Source of the DNA: Pirellulales bacterium
GTDB taxonomy: Bacteria; Planctomycetota; Planctomycetia; Pirellulales; JADZDJ01
Direction of reading: 5' to 3'
NCBI GenBank assembly: GCA_963820835.1
Contig: CAWGBP010000036.1
Span: 32,046-96,045 of the forward strand
Length of the DNA stretch: 64,000 nucleotides
The notes below the pieces were generated by a model that did not search any database, had not been told where the DNA came from, and worked only from the letters and a program-made list of their open reading frames with translations. This document shows, in pieces, positions 49,262 to 58,193 of the stretch (position 1 is the first letter of the stretch; each line of letters opens with the position of its first letter). The position numbers and the translations under genes are program-made.

Positions 49262-50951
49262 TTATCCTTTCGCTGCGGTTTTGCCCGTGAGCATGGCCAC
49301 GACGGCCAGCAGTTCGCCTGCATCGACGGGTTTAGTGACATGTGATTGATAACCGGCCATCATGGCGCGGCGACGGTCTTCGGTTCGGGCAAAAGCGGTC
49401 AGAGCTATTGCTGGGACAGAGCGGGTCCGACCGTCGCGCAAATCTCTGACTTCACGAATGAATTGATAGCCATCCTTTCCCGGCATGCTGATGTCGCTAA
49501 TGAGCACATCGGGCTGAAACGATTCGAGCATGCCCAAAGCTTCGTCGGCTGTGGCAGCCGTTTGGACGAGCACCTTACTTTGCACCAACAGCCGGCGAAC
49601 CACGTCGCGGGCGTCGGGCTCGTCATCCACTACCAAAACCTTCACCCCTTCCAGATCTGGCGGCGTGAACGCTTCGTGATGCCCCGTGTCGGCGCGTGGA
49701 TGGAAGCGGTTGAGTTCTTGCGATGGGTGAATTTGCAGCGGCAATTTAATCGTGAACGTCGAGCCTTGATTTTCGCCAGGGCTTTTAACAAACGTCGATC
49801 CACCGTGAAGTTCGACAATTTGCTTGACGATGGCCAGGCCCAGACCCAGACCGCCATGGCGGCGGCTGGTGGCCGTTTCCGCCTGGCGAAAGCGGTCGAA
49901 GACATAGGGCAGAAATTCCGGCGCTATGCCTTGCCCAGAATCAGCGACATTGATTTCCAAATGCGAATTCACGCGCTCCAGCGAGATTTGAATTCGACCA
50001 CCGCGCGGCGTGAACTTCACAGCATTGGAGAGCAAATTCCAGAGCACTTGCTGCAGGCGCTGGAAATCGCCCAGCGCCGGCCCTGCGCGGGTCAAGCACT
50101 TTCTGCAAACGGATTTCTTTGGCATCGGCGGCAGGTCGAATGGTGTCGATGGCGGCCTCGATCACATCCGACAGGTTCACAGGATGGACATCGAGACGGA
50201 TCTTACCCGAGATGATGCGGCTCATATCGAGCAAATCCTCGATGATCTGCACTTGGGCGCGGCAATTGCGCTCGATGGCATTGAGTGTTTCAGTGACCTC
50301 TTGCGGCTGAATCGCGCCGGCTTTGAGAAGTTGCGAATACCCCATAATGGAACTGAGCGGGGTGCGCAATTCGTGCGAAACCACCGATAGGAATTCGTCT
50401 TTGAGGCGATTTGCCCGCTCGGCCTCGCCGCGCGCGGCCCGTTCGCTGGCCAACAACTGCTCGCGTTCGTTCTCCTGGGCGCGCAATTGTCGCTCACTTT
50501 CGCGCAGCGCTTCCTCGGTCTGCTTGCGCTCTTGCACCTCGCGCGTTAGCGACGAATTCAGAATTGCCAAACCAGGCAGCTTGAGCGCTTTCGGAGTGAT
50601 AACCGCCAGGGCAACCACAGTCGACCAAGAAGCGACCGCGGTTATCAATTTCACCAGACCGCCGATCCGGTAAATTGGATGCCAAAAAATAATGGCCTCA
50701 ATCAAATGTGTGGTTCCGCAGGCAAAGATGAAGATCACAAACAACCAAAAAATCCGCGGAAATGGTACATCGCGCCGCCGTAAAACGAAGTAGGCGATTA
50801 CCAGCGGAATGGCCGTATATGCGCCAAAGATCGCCAGGTCGGAGTAAATGTGCAGCCAGCCAAGCGCCGGATCGTCGGCCCAACCGCTGCCGCAATACCA
50901 GCGTGGCGGAAAGCCGGCCGTGTCGAAAGGATTGTCAAGAATAGTTGCCAT
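49262..50951 (-). CDS. hybrid sensor histidine kinase/response regulator with an ETR1-like (ethylene-binding-domain-like) N-terminal membrane sensor; frameshifted near 50080-50095
   Basis: ORFs 49941..51107 and 49262..50125 join around ...LQKVLD(P)R|AGPALGDFQRLQQVLWNLLSNAVKFT. It has three TM helices, a coiled coil, HisKA (FLSVVSHELRTPL), HATPase (DSGQGI, GGLGLGLAIV) and a receiver (VLVVDDEPDARD...SDISMPGKDG...TKP). The start is ATG at 50951 or 50972. Confidence 0.85.
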
Positions 50952-51085
50952 GGGGCAGGATCCTATGGGCATGCAATAGGTTGAGCGAAGGCGTGCAAAT
51001 CGCAGTCTAATTTCGACAGAATGGATTTCAGTGTCAAGCGAAAGCGTGTTCGAGTGCGCCCTGCCCGTCATGACAGCAGGTTCAA

Positions 51086-52453
51086 TCAACGGGCGGTATC
51101 CGACCACTCTGATTCCGAAACTTCCGCCGCCTCCACCGGCAGCGAAGCGGGCTTGGGAACCGCCGCATCGAGCCGGCCATATTTTCGAAGTTGAGGAAAT
51201 AGCACTGCCGCAAGCCCGACAACAACCAGCGTGCCGGCGCCGCCGCTCACAGCCGAGATCGTCGCGGCGCCGATAGTGCCATAACCGACTGATTTGAAAA
51301 GTTGTGCCACTCCGCCCGATTCGATGTCCCCCACTTCGTTCGAAATCGAAATGAACATGCCGTTGATGGCCGAGACGCGGCCGCGCATTTCGTCGGGCGT
51401 AAGCAATTGAATGAGCGATTGCCGCACCACCACGCTGATGTTGTCCATCGCGCCGGTCACGAACAGCATCCCAACGGAAAGGTAGATGTTCCGCGAAAGG
51501 CCAAACACGATGGTGGCCACGCCGAATCCGGTGACCGCGCCCAACAATGCCAGGCCAGCGTGCTTCATCGGCCTGCGGTGCGACAAAATAAAGGCCATCG
51601 TGAGTGCGCCGACTGCCGGCGCGGCTTGCATCACGCCGAAGCCGAACGAGCCCACTTTCAATACATCTTTAGCGTAAATAGGCAATAGCGCCACCGCCGC
51701 GCCGAACAGCACGGCAAACATATCTAAACTGCTCGCGCCCAGAATGACTTTGTTGCGCCACACGTATTGAATTCCGGCTGCTAGATTTTTAGCGGTGAAT
51801 GCTTGCTTCGCCGCCTTGTTTCGCCGATAGCGAATTTGCGACAAGATCGCGCAAAAACAGAGGGCAAAAGCCGCATCGCAAACGAATACGATGGCCGATG
51901 ATCCAAATAGCGCGATTATTCCTCCCGCCGCCGCCGGTCCCAGCACTGAGGCAAATTGAAATGCAGTGGCGTTCCAAGTAACGGCATTGGGAAACACGCG
52001 CCGCTTCACCAACTGCGGCATCATCGATGCTTTAGCCGGCTGTTGGAACGATCGGGCTATGCCGGCCACGAAGAGGCACGCATACATCAAAATAATCGGC
52101 GCTTTGAGCGCGGTAACGACCGCTAAGCCCGCCGAGCCGGCCGAAATGAACACCAGCGCCGTCATCACCACCTTGCGGCGATTAAATCGATCGGCCACAT
52201 GCCCTGTGAATATGGCTAACCCCAACACGGGCAACACTTGCACCAGCCCGACCAAGGCCAACGAAATGGGTGCGTTGGTCCGATCGTAAACTTCCCACCC
52301 CACCGCCACCGATTGCATCTGCAGCCCAAAGATCGACAAAAAATTGCCGATCATGTACAGCCGAAAGTTTTTTATTCGCAGCGCCGCGTATGGATCGTGC
52401 GTGCGCAGTGCGATTTCGGCAGAGTCGTGAGGCGTGCGATCCATCGGCTCCAC
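51086..52453 (-). CDS. MFS transporter
   Basis: Twelve to fourteen hydrophobic helices. Motif A-like GHVADRFNRRKV follows TM2. The start is GTG at 52453 or ATG at 52444. Confidence 0.88.
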   Translation of the reverse strand: MEPMDRTPHDSAEIALRTHDPYAALRIKNFRLYMIGNFLSIFGLQMQSVAVGWEVYDRTNAPISLALVGLVQVLPVLGLAIFTGHVADRFNRRKVVMTALVFISAGSAGLAVVTALKAPIILMYACLFVAGIARSFQQPAKASMMPQLVKRRVFPNAVTWNATAFQFASVLGPAAAGGIIALFGSSAIVFVCDAAFALCFCAILSQIRYRRNKAAKQAFTAKNLAAGIQYVWRNKVILGASSLDMFAVLFGAAVALLPIYAKDVLKVGSFGFGVMQAAPAVGALTMAFILSHRRPMKHAGLALLGAVTGFGVATIVFGLSRNIYLSVGMLFVTGAMDNISVVVRQSLIQLLTPDEMRGRVSAINGMFISISNEVGDIESGGVAQLFKSVGYGTIGAATISAVSGGAGTLVVVGLAAVLFPQLRKYGRLDAAVPKPASLPVEAAEVSESEWSDTAR

Positions 52454-52545
52454 AGTTTACTCGATGCGATTTCGCTTGAGAACCGGCGCGGCGATGCGCG
52501 AAAGGCGTCTAACTATCGATGGTACAGGGGGACCTGCGTCGCGGC

Positions 52546-53776
52546 TCAATTCTCCATCGCTTCGACCGCGAGGGATTGAAACTGCTTGCGAATGTCGCTG
52601 GCGTCTCCATTGCCCATTCCCACGCGACCAATGAGCAAAATGAGAAACTCGCCTTTGGCAGGATCGATCCAGCCTTGAGTACCATAGGCCCCGCCGTGAC
52701 CGTACGTGCCCGGCGAGAGCATTGCAGTTACGCCTTGCGGCTCGCGGACCACGCCGAAGCCTAGCCCGTAACCCATGCCCGGCGTGAAGCCAGCTTTCAA
52801 TTCGCCAGTTTGGTTTTGCGTCATCTCGTGTAGCGATTTTTCGGAGATGATGCGATGGCCGTCGAGCTCGCCGCCGCGCAATCAGCGCCTGATACAACCG
52901 CCCCAAATCGGCGGCCGTCGAATACAATCCGCCCGACGGACTAAAGTATTTCGGCTTTTTGGTAGGCACGGCCATGGCCGCCTTAGGAAGCGTGTCGGCT
53001 GGCACGAGTTTGCCATCTTTCTGTCCGCACACTTCCGCCAAACGTTCCGTTTGCTCAGGCGTTAGATAAAACGCCGTGTCGCGCATTTCGAGCGGTTGGA
53101 AAAACCGCTGGGCCAAAAACTCTTCGTACGGTTGGCCCGAAACCACTTCGATAATGCGCCCCAAGATGTCGATGCCTGAGGAGCTATATTTCCATTTGCT
53201 TCCCGGCTCGAAATCCAGCGGCCGCTGCGACAATATGCAAGCCAGTTCGTCGAGCGTGTAATCGCGGTTGCGCATCAAGTTGGCAAGGCCTATCGGATAA
53301 TCGAGCAACCCGGAGGTGTGTGTGAGCAAATCGCGCAGCGTAATGGGGCGTGGTGATTTTTTGACGGAAACGGTGCCGGCCAAAAGATCGATCGAATCGA
53401 TAAGTTTTTGTCCTTTAAACGCCGGCAGATACTTTTCCACGGGATCGTCGATCGATAGTTTTCCCTCTTCTGCAAGCAACATGATGCCCATGGCCGTGAT
53501 TGGTTTGGTCATCGACATGATCCGAAAGATGGCGTCTTTGGGCATTGGTTTGTCGGATTCGAGCGTTTGTTTGCCGACGGCCTCGGTGTAAACCCTTCCA
53601 TCGGCGGTACCAATGGCCATAACCGCGCCGCAGACGGTGCCATCGTCGACGAACTTCAGCATCGCCGGCTTTGTTGCAGCCAGCTTTTCAGGGTTAAACT
53701 TCGGCGGCGCGGCCGAGGTATGCTGCGAACTGCAAATTATGAAAACAAATAGCAGCCGAGATAAAATGCGTCGCAT
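52546..53776 (-). CDS. serine hydrolase, beta-lactamase family (secreted), frameshifted near 52878-52882
   Basis: Signal peptide MRRILSRLLFVFIICSSQHTSA. S-x-x-K in IMSMTKPITAMG. ORFs 52457..53776 and 52546..52881 join as ...GRLYQAL(I/M)|RGGELDGHRIISEKSLHEMTQ...GTYGHGGAYGTQGWIDP. Confidence 0.8.
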
Positions 53777-53876
53777 TTAGACCTTTCTATTGGTTCATCT
53801 GGTGTGGGTTATTATAAAATCTAACCGCGTTGTAGTCGCGGTTGCAAAATAGCGTTTGCCCATTATTCTTATCCCC

Positions 53877-54485
53877 ATGTTCTTCAGCTTTGATGGTCTT
53901 GATGGCGTGGGAAAATCGACGCAGAGCGAAATGTTCTGCCGCTGGTTATGCGCGCAGGGGCACAATGTGGTTACCTGCCGCGATCCGGGCACTACACCGC
54001 TGGGAGAGGCCGTTCGCGAATTGCTGCTTAAGCGGGACGATTTAGCGATTAGCCGCATGAGCGAAATGCTGTTATACATGGCCGCGCGGGCCCAACTTGT
54101 GGAGCAAATTATTCAGCCAGCTTTGGCGGCGGGGAAAACGGTGGTATCCGATCGATTTCTGCTGGCGAACGTCGTCTATCAAGGGCACGCGGGTGGATTG
54201 GATGTGGCTGAACTATGGAATATCGGCAAGTACATTACGCATGGAATTGAGCCCAATATGATCTTCTTGCTCGATATGCCGCCCGGAGCGGCACAAGGTC
54301 GAATTCAACGAGAGCTTGACCGAATGGAGCAACAAGATAACGATTTTCGGGAGCGACTGCGCGCCGGTTTTTTGACTGAAGCCGCTCGCCGGCCTGAGCA
54401 AATCGTTGTGATCGATGCCAGCCGGTCAATGGACGAAGTGCAAAATGAAATCCGCGCCGCGACCCAGCGCGTAATCAGCAAATGA
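53877..54485 (+). CDS. tmk: thymidylate kinase
   Basis: MFFSFDGLDGVGKSTQ P-loop, DRFLLANVVYQG, and a lid region. ATG is at 53877. Confidence 0.92.
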   Translation: MFFSFDGLDGVGKSTQSEMFCRWLCAQGHNVVTCRDPGTTPLGEAVRELLLKRDDLAISRMSEMLLYMAARAQLVEQIIQPALAAGKTVVSDRFLLANVVYQGHAGGLDVAELWNIGKYITHGIEPNMIFLLDMPPGAAQGRIQRELDRMEQQDNDFRERLRAGFLTEAARRPEQIVVIDASRSMDEVQNEIRAATQRVISK

Positions 54486-54545
54486 TGGATCGAGCGATAA
54501 TACATGTGAGTCTTCACGCTTGACCTCCTGGACGTCCGACTCCTG

Positions 54546-55227
54546 ATGATCATTACCCTCGATGGCCCCGCTGGCGCAGGCAAGAGTACGGCGGCGCGTG
54601 CGCTAGCCAAACGATTGGGCTTTCGTTTTCTCGATACGGGCGCCATGTATCGGGCGGTGGCGCTGGCGGCAGTTCGGACAGGCTTAGATTGGAACGATTC
54701 GGACGCACTGGCCAAACTGGCGCGGCAATATAAAAATTGAGCTGGACGATTCGCACATTCTTTTGAATGGCACCGACGTTACGCGGGAAATTCGCGCCTC
54801 GCAAATTACCGCGGTAACGCGCTACGCGGCAAACAATGCACAAGTGCGGGAACACTTAGTGAAATTACAACGTGCGCTCGTGGCCAACAGCGACGTAGTG
54901 GCAGAAGGCCGAGACCAAGGAACAGTGGTCTTTCCGCGTGCCGAATGCAAAATTTTCCTTACTGCCACACCGGAAGCGCGAGCCAAGCGCCGGCAGCTTG
55001 ATCTGCAAGCCCGTGGTGAAAATGCCGAATGGGAGGAAGTGCTGCGACAGCAAAACGAGCGAGACAAAAGCGACGCGACCCGGGTTGTAGGACCTTTAAT
55101 TCCAGCGGCAGACGCGATCGAGTTCTATACTGATGGTCTTTCGGCCGAGGACGTAGTAAATCGCCTGGAAAATATCGTGCGGCAGAAAATGGGGAGAGCA
55201 GAAGGCAAAAGGCAGAAGGTAGATTAA
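54546..55227 (+). CDS. cmk: cytidylate kinase, frameshifted in the A5 run 54731-54735
   Basis: [38 protein letters not shown]... stops at 54740. The next frame continues [20 protein letters not shown]...[12 protein letters not shown]...DRDKSDATR. Deleting one A restores a ~226-aa Cmk. Confidence 0.88.
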
Positions 55228-55322
55228 CGAGACCGCTACGTTTGGATGTTGTCAGGTCCACTGGTTATCATTTTATTTGCGCCTGGTCCCCTTTCTGCTT
55301 TCTGCCTTTTCGCACTTTTCCC

Positions 55323-56005
55323 ATGGCACAGCGATCGCTTCCCAAACTTCTGTGGTACGATTTTTTGCGCGTGGTCTGCTGGGTATTCGGCGTGGCGGTG
55401 TTTCGTGTTCGCGTGTTTGGGCGCAGCGCGCGCCGGTCGATGGAGGTGTGCTGGTGCTCTCGAATCATCAGAGCCACTTGGATCCGGTGTTGGTGGGTTT
55501 GGCGTGCGATCGGCGGATGAATTATTTAGCCCGCGATACGCTGTTTGGCTTCGCCCCTTTTCGCTGGCTGATCTATTCGCTCGATGCCATTCCGCTGGAT
55601 CGCGAAGGCATCGCCCTTGGCGGCCTCAAAGAAAGTTTGAAACGCCTGAAGGCGGGCGAAATGCTGCTGATTTTTCCCGAAGGAACGCGCACTCGCGACG
55701 GCGAAGTGGGAAAACTGAAGCCCGGATTTTTGGCGCTTGCCCGCCGCTCGAAAGCGAAGCTATTGCCGGTGGCCATCGAAGGGGCTTACAGCGCTTGGCC
55801 GCGGACAAACCTGCTACCGCAGCCGGCAGTGATTCATATCCAAGTTGGCGCGGCGCTGTGTCCAGCGGAGTTTAGCGGCTGGGATGATGAGCGGTTGTTG
55901 GCGGAAATCGACCGCCGAATACGCGAATGTCACCACATTGCCCGCCAGCGGCGAGACCGAGTCGTGCCGGCCTCGTCGAATTGCAAAAACGGTGCGGGTT
56001 GCTAG
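55323..56005 (+). CDS. plsC: 1-acyl-sn-glycerol-3-phosphate acyltransferase, frameshifted near 55431-55434
   Basis: The N-terminus MAQRSLPKLLWYDFLRVVCWVFGVAVFRVRVFGRSAR (frame of ORF 55242..55520) joins PVDGGVLVLSNHQSHLDP (HX4D motif) ...IFPEGTRT (frame of ORF 55277..56005) if one C is added to CGCCGG. Confidence 0.82.
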
Positions 56006-56839
56006 CCGGCGGCAGCCCATTTGTATTTGTCGTAAGTATATATTGCCCTCGTACTTACGCATCGCGTGCACGCGAGTGGCGAGGCTTTTTCACAAAAAAT
56101 TCGTAGCTTTTGTGAACCTTCTCTCCGATATGGCGTCTTAGGGGGTGCTAGGCGTGTTTTTAAGGCCCGCCTAGCCCCAATTGCCTCGTTTTCGAGTCTT
56201 TGGTGAGTTTACGGCCTAAAACAGGCGAACTTGACACCAAGGGTCCTGAACGGCAAAGTTGAATAGTTACTGATTTCGCCTGTGCAACAGAGAGCATCGC
56301 CAGGCGAATGATTACGATTAGCTCTCGAAACGTGATTCTCTCCAACCGCGCCATGTTACGCAGGAGCAGGCCATGAATCGTTCGTTCAAGATTGCCTCGA
56401 TTGATCGTTTCTTTGCGATTCGCGAAGACCGCATCATCGTCCGCAAATCGAAAACGAATCATAAGGCCAAGCTCCATGCGCGCGCCGCACACGCTTTCTA
56501 TTGGCTGTGTGCGAGTTTGCGCGGATTGCTAGCTGCCGCTGGGTCGGGTTGTACCGGCTCGACGGCGTGGCAAGCCGGCCCATTCACGCAGCCTGCGGGC
56601 GCGTGGGTGACGGGCATGCAAAACCGCATGACCGTACGGCGCCAAATGCCGGCAGTCGTAGTGGCGTAAGCATTACGCCGCGGCCCGAAGCAGGGCCAAA
56701 CATTACGACGCTTGCCGGTAATGGCTGGGTGGTGCCGACCTAAGTCGGCGCTTTCCGTCCCCTTGGCCCCTCGACCGCTGGTTTGTGCATTTTGTGTGCA
56801 TAAGCCGAAAGCAGGTCGAAATTTCAGGAGAGAACGATC

Positions 56840-57412
56840 ATGACCGCTTTGGCTTTAGAAGAGAACGCGACGGAAGAGCTGAGATCGCTGGTTCTGGCTG
56901 CGCAAGACGGCGACCGGGCCGCATTCGGCCGGTTGTGCATACGTTATGAGCGCATGGTCTACAGCATCGCGCTTGCGCGTTTGGGAAACGAAGCCGAATC
57001 GCAGGAATTGTGCCAAGAAGTGCTCATGCATGCGCTGGAGAAAATCGGTCAGCTGCGCGAACCGGAATGTTTTGGCGGCTGGCTGCGCTCGATGGCGCAG
57101 CGCATGGCCATTAACCGCGCCGTGCGCCGGCAGCCGGTGACCACGGCCGAGGCCGAAACACTTGAGGTGTCAGCGGTGGAACGGCATACGCCGCTTGATG
57201 GCGCTTTGGCTAGCGAGCGGCAGCGGCACGTGCGCGCGGGCCTGCGGCGGCTGAAGTCGATGGACCGCGATACGCTGGTGGCGTTTTACGTGAAAGGGCG
57301 GTCGCTCGTGGATATGAGCGATCAATTCGACGCCCCGGTGGGAACGATTAAGCGCCGATTGCACGTCGCCCGCAAGCGGCTGGCCAAGGAGCTAGCCGTG
57401 TTGGCACCTTAG
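56840..57412 (+). CDS. ECF-type RNA polymerase sigma-70 family factor
   Basis: AGGAGAG lies 7 nt upstream of the ATG. Region 2 is FGRLCIRYERMVYSIALARLGNEAESQELCQEVLMHAL and region 4 is DRDTLVAFYVKGRSLVDMSDQFDAPVGTIKRRLHVARKRL. No anti-sigma gene lies downstream. Confidence 0.9.
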   Translation: MTALALEENATEELRSLVLAAQDGDRAAFGRLCIRYERMVYSIALARLGNEAESQELCQEVLMHALEKIGQLREPECFGGWLRSMAQRMAINRAVRRQPVTTAEAETLEVSAVERHTPLDGALASERQRHVRAGLRRLKSMDRDTLVAFYVKGRSLVDMSDQFDAPVGTIKRRLHVARKRLAKELAVLAP

Positions 57413-57489
57413 CCAGTCGAGTCGCCAAGTGCGCCGCGTGTTGTTGTGCGAAGTTGAAATGATTGCGTAGGTAACCCTCTCCCCCCATG

Positions 57490-57539
57490 CCCCGCGTGGG
57501 TTGCACTTAGCAGTGCGACTCGCGCGGGGTTTCTCGTTT
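57490..57539 (+). terminator. intrinsic terminator after the ECF sigma gene
   Basis: CCCCGCG (57490-57496) pairs with CGCGGGG (57523-57529), with additional inner pairing (GCACT/AGTGC). It is followed by TTTCTCGTTT. Confidence 0.55.
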
Positions 57540-57566
57540 GAAGATTAGGACGTGGCAGCCCGATTT

Positions 57567-58004
57567 TTAGGGGCCGTAGTTTTTCGGAGACGACGCGTCC
57601 CTCGTTTTGCACAAAACGGCCGCCACCGCCAGCACGACCCAGCCGGCTATCAGCGCTGAGCCACCGATGGGAGCAACGTGCGTGAGCCTTTGCCCGGTCA
57701 ATACGAGCACATATAAGCTGCCAGAAAACAACACGGTTCCGAAGAACAGAATTGATCCAGCAACGGAGAACCATAGGCAATTGAATTGAATTGTCAGCAA
57801 ACCCACCAGGACTAATGCTACTGCGTGATACAACTGATATCGCACGCCGGCTTCAAAATCGGCCATCAAATGCTGGATTTCATCAGGCTGCAATCCGCGC
57901 CGGCTGAGCATCGGCTCTAGTCCATGAGCATGAAAGGCACTGAGTCCGATGCCAATCGCGGCCAGCAATCCACCCAGCGCAATCCAAATTCGGGGAGACA
58001 TCAT
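57567..58004 (-). CDS. DUF423 family membrane protein
   Basis: Start MMSPRIWIALGGLLAAIGIGLSAFHAHG (ATG at 58004, AAAGGA upstream). It has four TM helices and a GSILFFGTVLFSGSLY pattern typical of DUF423. Confidence 0.8.
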   Translation of the reverse strand: MMSPRIWIALGGLLAAIGIGLSAFHAHGLEPMLSRRGLQPDEIQHLMADFEAGVRYQLYHAVALVLVGLLTIQFNCLWFSVAGSILFFGTVLFSGSLYVLVLTGQRLTHVAPIGGSALIAGWVVLAVAAVLCKTRDASSPKNYGP

Positions 58005-58193
58005 TTTATCCTTTGCTCTTTGAAATCGAAGAGATCGGTGCGCACATTTTAGCAGAAGCAAGAGCACTCATCATTTAGTCAAAGCATGCCGACCTGGATG
58101 ATCTAAAAGCGCAAATAAAAACCGCCGGCAGTCGTTTTAGCGGTCTCGACTACCGGCGGCTCGGGGGGAATGCGAAATTCGATCGAGGAGACG

